The notes beneath the pieces were generated by a model, which did not search any database, was not told the DNA's origin, and saw only the letters and a list, made by a program, of their open reading frames with translations. Shown piece by piece: positions 1 to 8,900 of a stretch of DNA of 32,071 bases; the stretch's first letter is position 1, and the number at the start of each line of letters is the position of its first letter. Source of the stretch: an uncultured virus (IMG/VR IMGVR_UViG_3300037466_002099) (taxonomy: Duplodnaviria; Heunggongvirae; Uroviricota; Caudoviricetes); the IMG/VR virus record IMGVR_UViG_3300037466_002099; one strand, 5' to 3'. Both the position numbers and the translations under genes were made by a program.

Positions 1-1
1 C

Positions 2-3000
2 AAGCTGGGCGTTGCCAGCGGCACCGCGCTCGAGCCGTCGTGCGCAACCGGCGTCTTCTTGCATACTGCGCCGGCCGGCTTCAAGGTCACCGGCGTCGAG
101 CTGGATCCGACCTCAGCCAAGTGCGCCGAGGTGCTGCACGGCGACCGCCACGAAATCATCAACGCCAGCCTGGAACGCTTCGCCACGCAAGACGGCGATC
201 GCCAGTTCGACGTGGTGATCGGCAACGTACCGTTCGGCCTGCGCGGCTCGCTGCTCAAGGACGACAAGCCGACGCTGAAGACCGCCGAGGGCTATTTCCT
301 CGATACCGCGCTCGACAAGACCCGCCCGGGCGGCGTGGTGGCGCTGATTGTGCCGACAGGCGTCATGGATGCCAAGTCGCAGCGCGGCCTGCGCGAGCGG
401 CTGCTGCGAAAAGGTGAATTCCTGGGCGCGGTCCGCATGCCCAACACGGCATTCGAGCACTCCCATACCGAGGTGACGACCGATATCGTCTTTTTCCGCA
501 AGCGGGCCGATGACGTGGCCGGCGCGCTGATGACGGTCAAACAGGGCACGCTCAAAGACCTCGGCGTGTGGGACGAGGACTATCTGTCCGGCGCTTATTT
601 CGAGACGCGCGGTGCCGATAGCATTTTCGGCACGATGGAGGCCGGCTGGCGAGCCAAGGCCGGCATCGGCCAGGACATTACCGTCTCCGGCTCCATGCGC
701 GGCGTGCCGGAATCGATCGCCGCCTGGACGCCGGACGAGGTGACGGCCGCGACGCCAACGGTACCGGACATCCTCGGCAAGCTGGATGAGGCCGGAAAGA
801 AGCGAGCGCTCGGCGCCGCGCTGAAGAAGCCCTACGACACATCCAAGCCGGGTGACACCAAGGCAGTCGATGGCGTCACCTACATATTGCAGGGCAAGCC
901 GCCGCGCTGGCACCGTATCGACGAGTTCCTGCAAGACGCGGGCATTTCCGACGCGCAGCCGATCGCCGCCGAGATCGAACGCATGTTCAACGGCCAAGCC
1001 GTCGACCGCCCGGCGCTCGAGGCGGCCGTGCGCGCGTATGTCGAAAAGCACGGCATCCCGGGCAAGAACCCGAACCTGAACCTTGCCGCCTCGCAGGACA
1101 AGACGCTGTACCGCCTGATCGGTGCCGTCAATCCGGACGGCACGATATCGGACGCGGTTGCTGGGCGCGGCGCGCGCAAGGTCGAGGGCTCGCTGGATAC
1201 GGCGGCCGTATCGCTGTCGCTCGAGCGCGATTCCGGCACGTTCTCGGTGGCCGAGCTCGCCGACCGCATCGGCAAGGATGTCGAGGAGGTCGAAGATACG
1301 CTCTTCGCCTCTCCGGCCTATGCCTATGCCGGGTCCGGCCAGTGGACCACGATGGACAATTACCTGACCGGCGAGCTGTGGCCGAAGCTGGACGCGGTGA
1401 AGGCGGAGGTGGCGCGCGGCGACCTGCGCGACGGGCTGGCCGAGAAATATGCGATGCAGGCCGCCAAGCTGGAAGAGACGATCGACCCGAAGTCGCTCGA
1501 AGATGTCGAGGTCATGCTGAACTCGGCATTCGTGCCGACCGACATCCTTGCAGCCTACTTCAACGAGCGGAAAGCCGCGTCGGACAACGACTGGGTGCGC
1601 AAGCTGCCGGACGTGAAAATCACGTTCAACGGCGGCGTCTATACCGTCGAGGGCGGAAATCAGCACGGCGAGATGAGGTTGCTCGACAAGTACCTGAACC
1701 GCACCGGCGTCAAGAAAGACGACATGCCGCAGATCGAGCAGATGAACGCCGATTTCAAGGCGTGGCTGCTGTCGTCGCGGTACCGCGATCAGGTCGAAGA
1801 ACTCTACAACCGCAAATTCCGGGGCTTCCGCCAGCGCGATTTCTCGAATGCGGCGATCGCCATCCCGGGCATGAATACCGAAGGGCTGAAGGATTACCAA
1901 TATGGCGGTCTGCGCTGGGCGCTGGCTGCCGGCAAGGGCATCATCGCCGCCGACGTGGGTCTGGGCAAAACCGTGCGCGGCCTGATGCTGGCGCGCATGG
2001 CGAAGATCAACGGCCAGTCCAAGCGGCCGACGTTCGTCGTGCCCAAGTCCGTGCTCGCCAACTGGGTTGCCGAGGCCGACAAGTGGTTCCCGGGCTCGCG
2101 CGTGCTGGTCATCGGCGAGACGTACACCAAGGACAAGGACGGCAATCTGAAGTCCAAGCCCGACACGGCCGCCGAGCGGAACCGCAAATACCACGAGATG
2201 ACGCAGAACGATTACGATTTCGTCTTCATCTCGCAGCCGGCTTTCAATGATCTCGACCTCGACCCGATCACCAAGGGCCAGTACGTCAACGATGATTTTT
2301 GGGTGCAGCGCGGCGATAAGCTGGGCAACGCCGGCGACAAGCGGCTGAACAAGGTCCGCGAAGCCTATAAACAGGCCATCGCCGACCGCGAATTCCAGAA
2401 GCGCACCGACGCGATCTACTTCAACGACCTGGGCATCGACATGCTGCTGGTCGACGAGGGGCACGCCTTCAAGAACCTGTATGCCGCCCGGGCGCGCTTC
2501 GGCGAGTCGCCCAAGTTTCTCGGCGGCCAGGGTCTATCGAACCGCGCTCTCGATATGAACCTGAAAACTCGTTGGGTGCGCGAGCAGAACAGCGGCAACG
2601 GCATCTATATGATGACCGCGACGCCGACGAAAAACAGTCCGCTCGAAATCTACTCGATGCTGTCGCACATCGCGCCGGAAGCCTTCGAGCGCATCGGCAT
2701 CCGCAACAGCGAAGAATTCCTTGACCGCTTCTGCGAGTTCGCCAACGACAAGATTCTCGGCACCGACGGCACCATTCAGGACGCCTTGGTCACCGTCGGC
2801 TTCAAGAACCTGGGCGAGCTGCGCGAGATCATGAAGCGCTTCATCGATCGCAAGACGGCGGCCGACGTGGGGCTGGTGCTGCCGACGCGCAACGATCAGA
2901 TGCACATGATCGACATGACCGACGAGCAGAAGGCAGTCTATTCCGACCTGCGTGAGCAGATGGCCGAGCTGGCGACGAAAAAGGACGCTACCGGCGACGC

Positions 3001-5257
3001 GCATATCTTCTCCATCATGGACAAGATGGCGAAGGCGGCGATGGACCTCGAGCTGCTGGACGCCAAGACCTACGCCGGCGCCAAGAGCCCGAAGTATGCC
3101 AAGGCCGCCGTCAACATCGCAGCCGGGGCCAAGGATGGCGGGCAGGTCGTTTTTGCCGAGTCCGTCGCCTCGCATGAGAAAATTGCCGCTGCCCTGGTGG
3201 CGGCCGGCATTCCGCGCGACCAGATCGCCATCATCAACGCGCAGGCCGCCGAGTCCTCGGCCAAGCGCCAGAACATCTCCGACGCCTTCAACTCCGGCAA
3301 GATTAAGGTCGTTATCGGCAACAAGACGATGGAGGAGGGCATCAACCTCCAAAAAGCGACGACCGATATCCATCACCTCGACCTGCCGTGGGAACCGGCG
3401 TCGATGCAGCAGCGCAACGGGCGCGGTCTGCGCCAGGGCAATATCAACGAGGCCGTCCGCATCCATACCTACATCACCAAGGGTTCGTTCGACGGCTACC
3501 GCTACCAGTCCATGATGGCGAAAAAGGATTGGCAAGACCTGCTGTGGAACGGCGGCGATCGCGTGGACAACATGGCGCGCGAAGGCAAATTCGACCGCTC
3601 CGACCTCTTGATCATGATGAGCGCGGATCCGGAAGCCGAGCGCGCCAAGTTCGAAGCCGACAAGGCGGCCGCGCAGGAGCGCCACGACGCCGAGCAGCGC
3701 CGGTCCGCCGCGTCCGAGTTCGTCCGCTTCCAAGTCATGAAGCGCAGCTACCGCGACCTGCAGAACAAAAAAACACAGTCGGCCGAGCGGCTGCGGGCGA
3801 AGATCGAACGCGCCAAGACGTTGTTGTCGAACAACAAGTATTTTTCCGCCAAGGGCGCGCTCGACAGCGATCAGCCGGTCGTCATCCATCCGGATACCGG
3901 CTTGGCGCTGCAGCGCGGCGTCGGCCTGGACGTGACCGAGCACGACGGCACGGCCGGAAAATGGGTGGTGACGGACGTGAACCCGCTGTCGGGCGATGTG
4001 TCGATGCGGCGTTATGGCGAGCTTGGCAAGGGCGGCCGGGCTATTACCGTGCCGATGACCGAGCTGTCGCACGGCGTGTCAGCCTTCCCGTACAAGGCTG
4101 ACGAGGAAGAGGCGGAGGTGGCGAAGCAATTCGCCGCTGATGCCGAGGGCAAGGTCGCAAAGATCGAGAAGGTGAGCGACCTGCGCGACATTCCGCAGAG
4201 CATCATCGCGGCGAACTATGCCGGACTACAATCCCGGCTGAAGGAAGCCGAGAAGGGATACCGGCATGGCCGCGCTTACGGCGCCCGGCTGGCAATGATC
4301 GGGCCTGATGGCAAGGCCGTGCTCGGCGGCCAGTATGGCGTTGGCGACAAACTCGATACGCACGACATCATGTTGCCTACGCCGGAGCATAAAGAACAGG
4401 CGATCCAGGCATACATCGATACGGAGCGGGAAAAAGAACTGGCGCGAGTCAGCGAGTACCGCCAGGGCAGGCGCGGCCGATCTGGCGATTTCGTCTACAC
4501 TCTACGGAACACGTACCCGACCGGCACCGAGGACAGGACGAATCCGTGGGGCGATGCCGGCGTGCATGTGTTCGGCGAGGGCTTCAAAAAAGAAGCGCAC
4601 GACCGTTTCGAACACGAACAGCGCGACCGTGCCAAGGCGGCGAAGGATCTGGCCGGCACAATCGACCATCTGGTGCCGACGGCGGACATTGCTCAGCACA
4701 CCGGAGCCAAGTGGCCGTCCAAATCGCTAGCTATGGTATATGCCCGGGCCAAGCGCGACGGCTTGCTGGATAAGCCGGTAGGCGACTTCCTGTCGGCGGT
4801 GACGATGCACTCGATGGCGCTGGTCCGCCGTGACGGCTATGGCGGCTCTACTGTCACGTCGCCGTCAAAAGAGCCCCTGTCCGAGGTGCTGCCGAAGTTG
4901 GCGAAACAGTCCGGCCATGCCGATCTGGCGGCGGCGATGATCGTTGCGACGCCGGGAACGACGCCAGAGCAAAAGTTCCGGCAACTGCTCGACCTCGGGG
5001 AAAAGGCCAACGTCGGCACGCCGGGCCTGTCCAGCATCACGCAACACACATATCCGCCGGCGGTGCTCAACGCCATGCATCACTTGTCGTCCAAGCACAG
5101 CGCCGATACTTTCTTCGACAAGAAAGTTTCAGAGGTGGCATCGCGGCACTCCGGTAGTTACAGCCGTGACGTTGACGAAGTGTTCGGTGGTAGAAACCAA
5201 CATGTCACCTTGCGCGAGCTGCTGGCTGGCGCGTCCTCGACCAAGGAGGCAGCATGA
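2..5257 (+). CDS. DarB-like N6-adenine DNA methyltransferase / SNF2-family helicase fusion, 5'-partial (>1750 aa)
   Basis: Frame is open from base 2 (KLGVASGTALEPSCATGVFLH), so the true start lies outside the window. MTase motif I LEPSCATG and motif IV VIGNVPFG. Helicase motifs ADVGLGKT, LVDEGH, MTATP, EEGINLQ, QRNGRGLRQG. Architecture matches P1 DarB-type proteins. Confidence 0.9.
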   Translation, partial: KLGVASGTALEPSCATGVFLHTAPAGFKVTGVELDPTSAKCAEVLHGDRHEIINASLERFATQDGDRQFDVVIGNVPFGLRGSLLKDDKPTLKTAEGYFLDTALDKTRPGGVVALIVPTGVMDAKSQRGLRERLLRKGEFLGAVRMPNTAFEHSHTEVTTDIVFFRKRADDVAGALMTVKQGTLKDLGVWDEDYLSGAYFETRGADSIFGTMEAGWRAKAGIGQDITVSGSMRGVPESIAAWTPDEVTAATPTVPDILGKLDEAGKKRALGAALKKPYDTSKPGDTKAVDGVTYILQGKPPRWHRIDEFLQDAGISDAQPIAAEIERMFNGQAVDRPALEAAVRAYVEKHGIPGKNPNLNLAASQDKTLYRLIGAVNPDGTISDAVAGRGARKVEGSLDTAAVSLSLERDSGTFSVAELADRIGKDVEEVEDTLFASPAYAYAGSGQWTTMDNYLTGELWPKLDAVKAEVARGDLRDGLAEKYAMQAAKLEETIDPKSLEDVEVMLNSAFVPTDILAAYFNERKAASDNDWVRKLPDVKITFNGGVYTVEGGNQHGEMRLLDKYLNRTGVKKDDMPQIEQMNADFKAWLLSSRYRDQVEELYNRKFRGFRQRDFSNAAIAIPGMNTEGLKDYQYGGLRWALAAGKGIIAADVGLGKTVRGLMLARMAKINGQSKRPTFVVPKSVLANWVAEADKWFPGSRVLVIGETYTKDKDGNLKSKPDTAAERNRKYHEMTQNDYDFVFISQPAFNDLDLDPITKGQYVNDDFWVQRGDKLGNAGDKRLNKVREAYKQAIADREFQKRTDAIYFNDLGIDMLLVDEGHAFKNLYAARARFGESPKFLGGQGLSNRALDMNLKTRWVREQNSGNGIYMMTATPTKNSPLEIYSMLSHIAPEAFERIGIRNSEEFLDRFCEFANDKILGTDGTIQDALVTVGFKNLGELREIMKRFIDRKTAADVGLVLPTRNDQMHMIDMTDEQKAVYSDLREQMAELATKKDATGDAHIFSIMDKMAKAAMDLELLDAKTYAGAKSPKYAKAAVNIAAGAKDGGQVVFAESVASHEKIAAALVAAGIPRDQIAIINAQAAESSAKRQNISDAFNSGKIKVVIGNKTMEEGINLQKATTDIHHLDLPWEPASMQQRNGRGLRQGNINEAVRIHTYITKGSFDGYRYQSMMAKKDWQDLLWNGGDRVDNMAREGKFDRSDLLIMMSADPEAERAKFEADKAAAQERHDAEQRRSAASEFVRFQVMKRSYRDLQNKKTQSAERLRAKIERAKTLLSNNKYFSAKGALDSDQPVVIHPDTGLALQRGVGLDVTEHDGTAGKWVVTDVNPLSGDVSMRRYGELGKGGRAITVPMTELSHGVSAFPYKADEEEAEVAKQFAADAEGKVAKIEKVSDLRDIPQSIIAANYAGLQSRLKEAEKGYRHGRAYGARLAMIGPDGKAVLGGQYGVGDKLDTHDIMLPTPEHKEQAIQAYIDTEREKELARVSEYRQGRRGRSGDFVYTLRNTYPTGTEDRTNPWGDAGVHVFGEGFKKEAHDRFEHEQRDRAKAAKDLAGTIDHLVPTADIAQHTGAKWPSKSLAMVYARAKRDGLLDKPVGDFLSAVTMHSMALVRRDGYGGSTVTSPSKEPLSEVLPKLAKQSGHADLAAAMIVATPGTTPEQKFRQLLDLGEKANVGTPGLSSITQHTYPPAVLNAMHHLSSKHSADTFFDKKVSEVASRHSGSYSRDVDEVFGGRNQHVTLRELLAGASSTKEAA

Positions 5258-5580
5258 TCGACCCGAAACAGCTCGCCGCGAGCACACTGCAGCTTTTGCA
5301 GGCAGACCCGCGCAACTATCGCAACTTCGGCGTCTACTGGTTTTTGATCAAGGCGCTGCTGAAGCACTATTACACGAAAGACAACCTATACCTGCTGGGC
5401 GACTACGTGGACCAGTCCGTGATTGACCGGATGCCGGTCCACGCGAGCCTTCAGGAAGCGCTCGAGGCGGCGGTCGAGGCGTACCAGATCAACGCCAGCT
5501 ATGGCATGAATGCAACGGAATTCACTGACCCGGAGGGCGAAACCTTCACCCTGACCGACGCGGACGCCGGCGGCCTGTAA
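5254..5580 (+). CDS. Hypothetical protein (108 aa), translationally coupled to the DarB-like gene
   Basis: ATGA start/stop overlap at 5254-5257, RBS AAGGAGG upstream, followed by a terminator. Confidence 0.8.
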   Translation: MIDPKQLAASTLQLLQADPRNYRNFGVYWFLIKALLKHYYTKDNLYLLGDYVDQSVIDRMPVHASLQEALEAAVEAYQINASYGMNATEFTDPEGETFTLTDADAGGL

Positions 5581-5602
5581 CCTGCCTGTCTGCTACCTTA
5601 AG

Positions 5603-5625
5603 AGCCGCCTTCGGGCGGCTTTTTT
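5603..5625 (+). terminator. Rho-independent terminator
   Basis: AGCCGCC-TTCG-GGCGGCT stem-loop followed by a T run. Confidence 0.9.
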
Positions 5626-5643
5626 GCTTTGGTGGCAACATTT

Positions 5644-5883
5644 TGTAACCGTGGTTTCGGATGTGATTTTCTAAGTCATTGATTTTAAACGTGTAACCAG
5701 AAACCAGAAACTTCGTGGAAGACATAAATATACACACATATACCCATATACCCCCATCCCCTACCTCACATAGTATCTATATATATAAATATTGGTTACA
5801 AGGTATATTTATATATATAAGTGATTGATTTTAAAGTGAAACCAAAATGAAACCGGCTGTAACCGGCGGCAGTTTCAGGTTAC
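5644..5883. other. AT-rich non-coding element with two IHF consensus sites, GWAACC repeats and a 15-bp inverted repeat (candidate origin or packaging site)
   Basis: TAAGTSATTGATTTTAAA at 5672-5689 and 5818-5835 (reverse strand fits WATCAANNNNTTR). TGTAACC/TGAAACC at 5644, 5692, 5837, 5848, 5858; inverted GGTTAC at 5794 and 5878. Inverted repeat 5778-5792 / 5805-5819. Confidence 0.6.
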
Positions 5884-5899
5884 GCCGCCGCGTGTTGCC

Positions 5900-5915
5900 G
5901 TCGTGACCCTAGACT
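5900..5915 (+). promoter_or_regulatory. Putative phage late promoter (GTCGTGAC-CC-TAGACT)
   Basis: Copy of the motif repeated at transcription-unit starts; ATG at 5923 follows 7 nt after the -10-like hexamer. Confidence 0.75.
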
Positions 5916-5922
5916 CGGGGTT

Positions 5923-8900
5923 ATGACCAAAATTCTGTTCCTTAAAGCTGCCAGCATTCCGCCAGGAGCCCGCTGGATTACGGTCCACGCCGGGGGAAAT
6001 AAGGATGCCAAGGGTCAGCCGGTGCTGATCCAGCCAAACCCTGATGGCTCCGCTCATGTGATAGGCGGCGCAGGGGGTGCTCTCAACTATCTTAAGCTCC
6101 GTGCCGTCCGCTCCGAAGACGACTACAAGCGCGAGGCCGAGCAACGCCGCAAGGACAAGGCCGAGAAGCGCAAGGAGCAGCGCGCCGCCGACAAAGAGGC
6201 CGGCATCTACGAATCCAAGGCCAAGGCCAAAGAGAATCTGCGGCTGCAGCAGCAGGCGCACGAAAAGGAATTCATCCGCACCGTCGCGCAATCGATGGGC
6301 TGGGAGCCCAAGAGCCTGGAATTTCCCGAGCAGGATTACGCGCACCTGTCGGAAACCGCGCTCAGCAAGGTTGCAACGAAGCATCACCGCGAGCTACTGA
6401 GCCGCGCGCTGGATGCCGTCGAGATGCAGCGTCAACGGCTGGTGACCGACGCGGCCGCGCGCATGGAAGCCGGCATCGGCGAAATCCCGCTCGACGCCAA
6501 GGGCGCCGATACGCTGTCGGTCGAGGATATCGCGCCGGTGGCGCCGGCCAGCGGCGGGCTCGGTTTCCAGGCTGACTACAAAAACCGGGCGGAAGCGGCC
6601 GGGCTGTCGGAAGACGAGCTCAAGCGCGAGGCCGACGCGGCGCGCGCTGCCAAGCTGTCGCAGATGACCGACGCGCAGCGCCGGGCGGCCGTCACGCGCG
6701 GCGAGACCGCGAAGATGGTTCGCCAGGAGCTCCAAAACATCCGCGAGCCGATCGTCTCCGATGCCAAGGCGCAGCTCGTCGAGGCCAAAAAGGCAACCGA
6801 GCTCCTGAAGGCGCAAAAGCGGCTGCGGCAAATCCAGAAGAAGGCGCGCGACTTCAACGCCGAAATCGACAAGTCGGCCGCCGAGCCCAAGGCATTCGTG
6901 CTCGAGTACACCGCCGACCCGGACACCGACGCCAAGGTGGCCGAGGACATTGCCGGTGACCTGCGTACGATGAAGACGCAAGCTTTCCTGTCCGAGTTCA
7001 AGCGGCTGGCTGGCGAGCGGCCGGAGGAGACGCTGGGCAAGCACCTGGGCATCGGCGCCTACAACTCGATCAATTCCCTGGCGTTGGCCGTCGGCGGCGA
7101 GGCGCTGGTCGACCGCTCCGTTGTCGATGTGCTGGGCATCGCCGGCGCCGCGCAAGTGCTGGCCCGCCGGATCCATACCGACCTGCCGGATGATGTCGAG
7201 CGCATCACCGACGGCATGCAGGACTTCCATCTGCACCATTACATGCAGGCGAGCGAGGAGGCGCTGTCCGAGGCGCGCGACCTGATGGACGCGGCCAAGG
7301 AAATCGAGCTGGGCGAAGCGGCGACGGGCTCGGACCTGCAGTCGGCGCAGGAGCTCAACGCCAAGCGCCGGCGCGCGGTGAATGACGCGCAGAAGACGCT
7401 CGGGCAGGCACTCGGAGAGATGGAAGCGAACGCGGCAATTTTGGTCTCGCTGAAGCAGGGAAAAAAGGACAAGTTTCAGGTCTCGCTGGGCAAGATCAGC
7501 GCCGAGGATGCCATCCGCCAAGTTCGCGCGATCGGCCTGCAGCGCGGCGACTACACCATCGAGAACGTCGCCGGCGACACTTTCCTGACCGTCAACGGCA
7601 CCGGCCTGGACCGGCTCGCCAAGCCCGTCAACCGCGCCGATATCGAGCAGGTCAAGCGCAACCTCGATATCATCAACGGACGCCATGACGAGGACGGCTG
7701 GCTGCCGCTGGGCGTGGCGAACCGGCCGGATCTGGCGATGGACGTGAAGCCGGGCGTGGCGCCACGGCTGGCCGAGCCCTTCGCGCCCGGCGACGACCTC
7801 GAGCAGTCCTTGCGCGACTACATCGGCGGCCGCGCGGCCGACGGCGATGCGCCGGGCGATATCGTGGCTGATATCCAGTCGGCGGACTTCTTCCAAAAAG
7901 TCGGCTGGGAGCGATCGGAAGCGTACCGGCAGGCGTTGAACGCCGTCGCGCCGCTGAAGGACCAAGACGGAAAGATGCAGCGCGCCGAGGCGCTGGCTGA
8001 GCATTTCGACAAGTTGGCCGACCAGTTCGTGGCGAACCGCTACGGCGGCGAACGCTCGACCCTGAATCGGCAGAAATTCGCCGTCGATCAGAAATCCGTG
8101 GATGCGTTGCACCGCGCGCTGACCGAGACCCCGGAGGGCACAGCCGCCTACAAGCAGATCGGCGAGCTGGGGCCGCACGACCAGCGCGCGCTGCGCGAGT
8201 TCTTCTACAAGAACGTGGCGAAGGAAAGCCCGGACGCGGCCAAGCTGCGCGCCGAGCTCGAGGCGACCGAGCAGAACGAGCCGGAGCGCGAAACGACCGA
8301 CATGTTCGGAGAGGCGACGACCAATCCGGAATGGGCGGAGTGGAAAACCAGGCGCGACGAGCTGGCCGGCAAGGTCGGTGCCGCGTCCCTGACTTGGGGC
8401 AAGTACGTCGATACCATGCGCGGCAACGAAAAAGCCTACGAGGCCGTGCAGGATATCATCCGCTCGCGCGTGGCGAAATCGTTCGTCGACGCGCACAACA
8501 AGCTGAGCCCGGGCGCACCGCTGAAACTGGGCAAGGCGGTCGTGCGCAACAACCTGAACCACTTGGACGCGACCGACCCGGCGGCGCGCGAGGAGCGCAT
8601 GCAGAAAGAGCGCGAGCTGGTCGACAGCCTGCGCGAGCGCGTGCAAGGCCGGTATGCCTCGGGCAGCGTCGGCGACAAGCTGGACGCGGCGCGCGATCGG
8701 CAGGAAGCCTTCGAGCAGGCGCAGATGGGCTTCTTCGCCAACGAGGAGCCGGCCGCCGAGGCGACCGAGCGCACCCTGGCTGGCGACGAGCGGCACACAC
8801 TCGGCCATGAAGCCGAGCGCCAGATCGCCGGCATGATGGGTGTCGTCGGCAAGAACTTCCGGCCCGGTCAGCCGCTCCGTCTGTGGAATCCGGCCATGAG

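Noticed and set aside
851..916. Short GDTKAVDGVTYILQGKPPRWHR hairpin-like motif in the DarB-like protein
   Set aside because: It looks like a small mobile module, but it occurs once in the window and I cannot support a family assignment without a search.
4845..4860. Minus-strand GACGTGAC-AG-TAGAGC inside the DarB-like gene, plus GACGTGAC near 3929, 15954 and 23615
   Set aside because: All lack the complete A2/T6 hexamer and lie mid-gene with no downstream start. My scan was by eye and not exhaustive.
2..5257. MTase-helicase as a host restriction-modification or defence system
   Set aside because: No nuclease or specificity subunit recognised; architecture and head-gene context fit DarB-like anti-restriction better.
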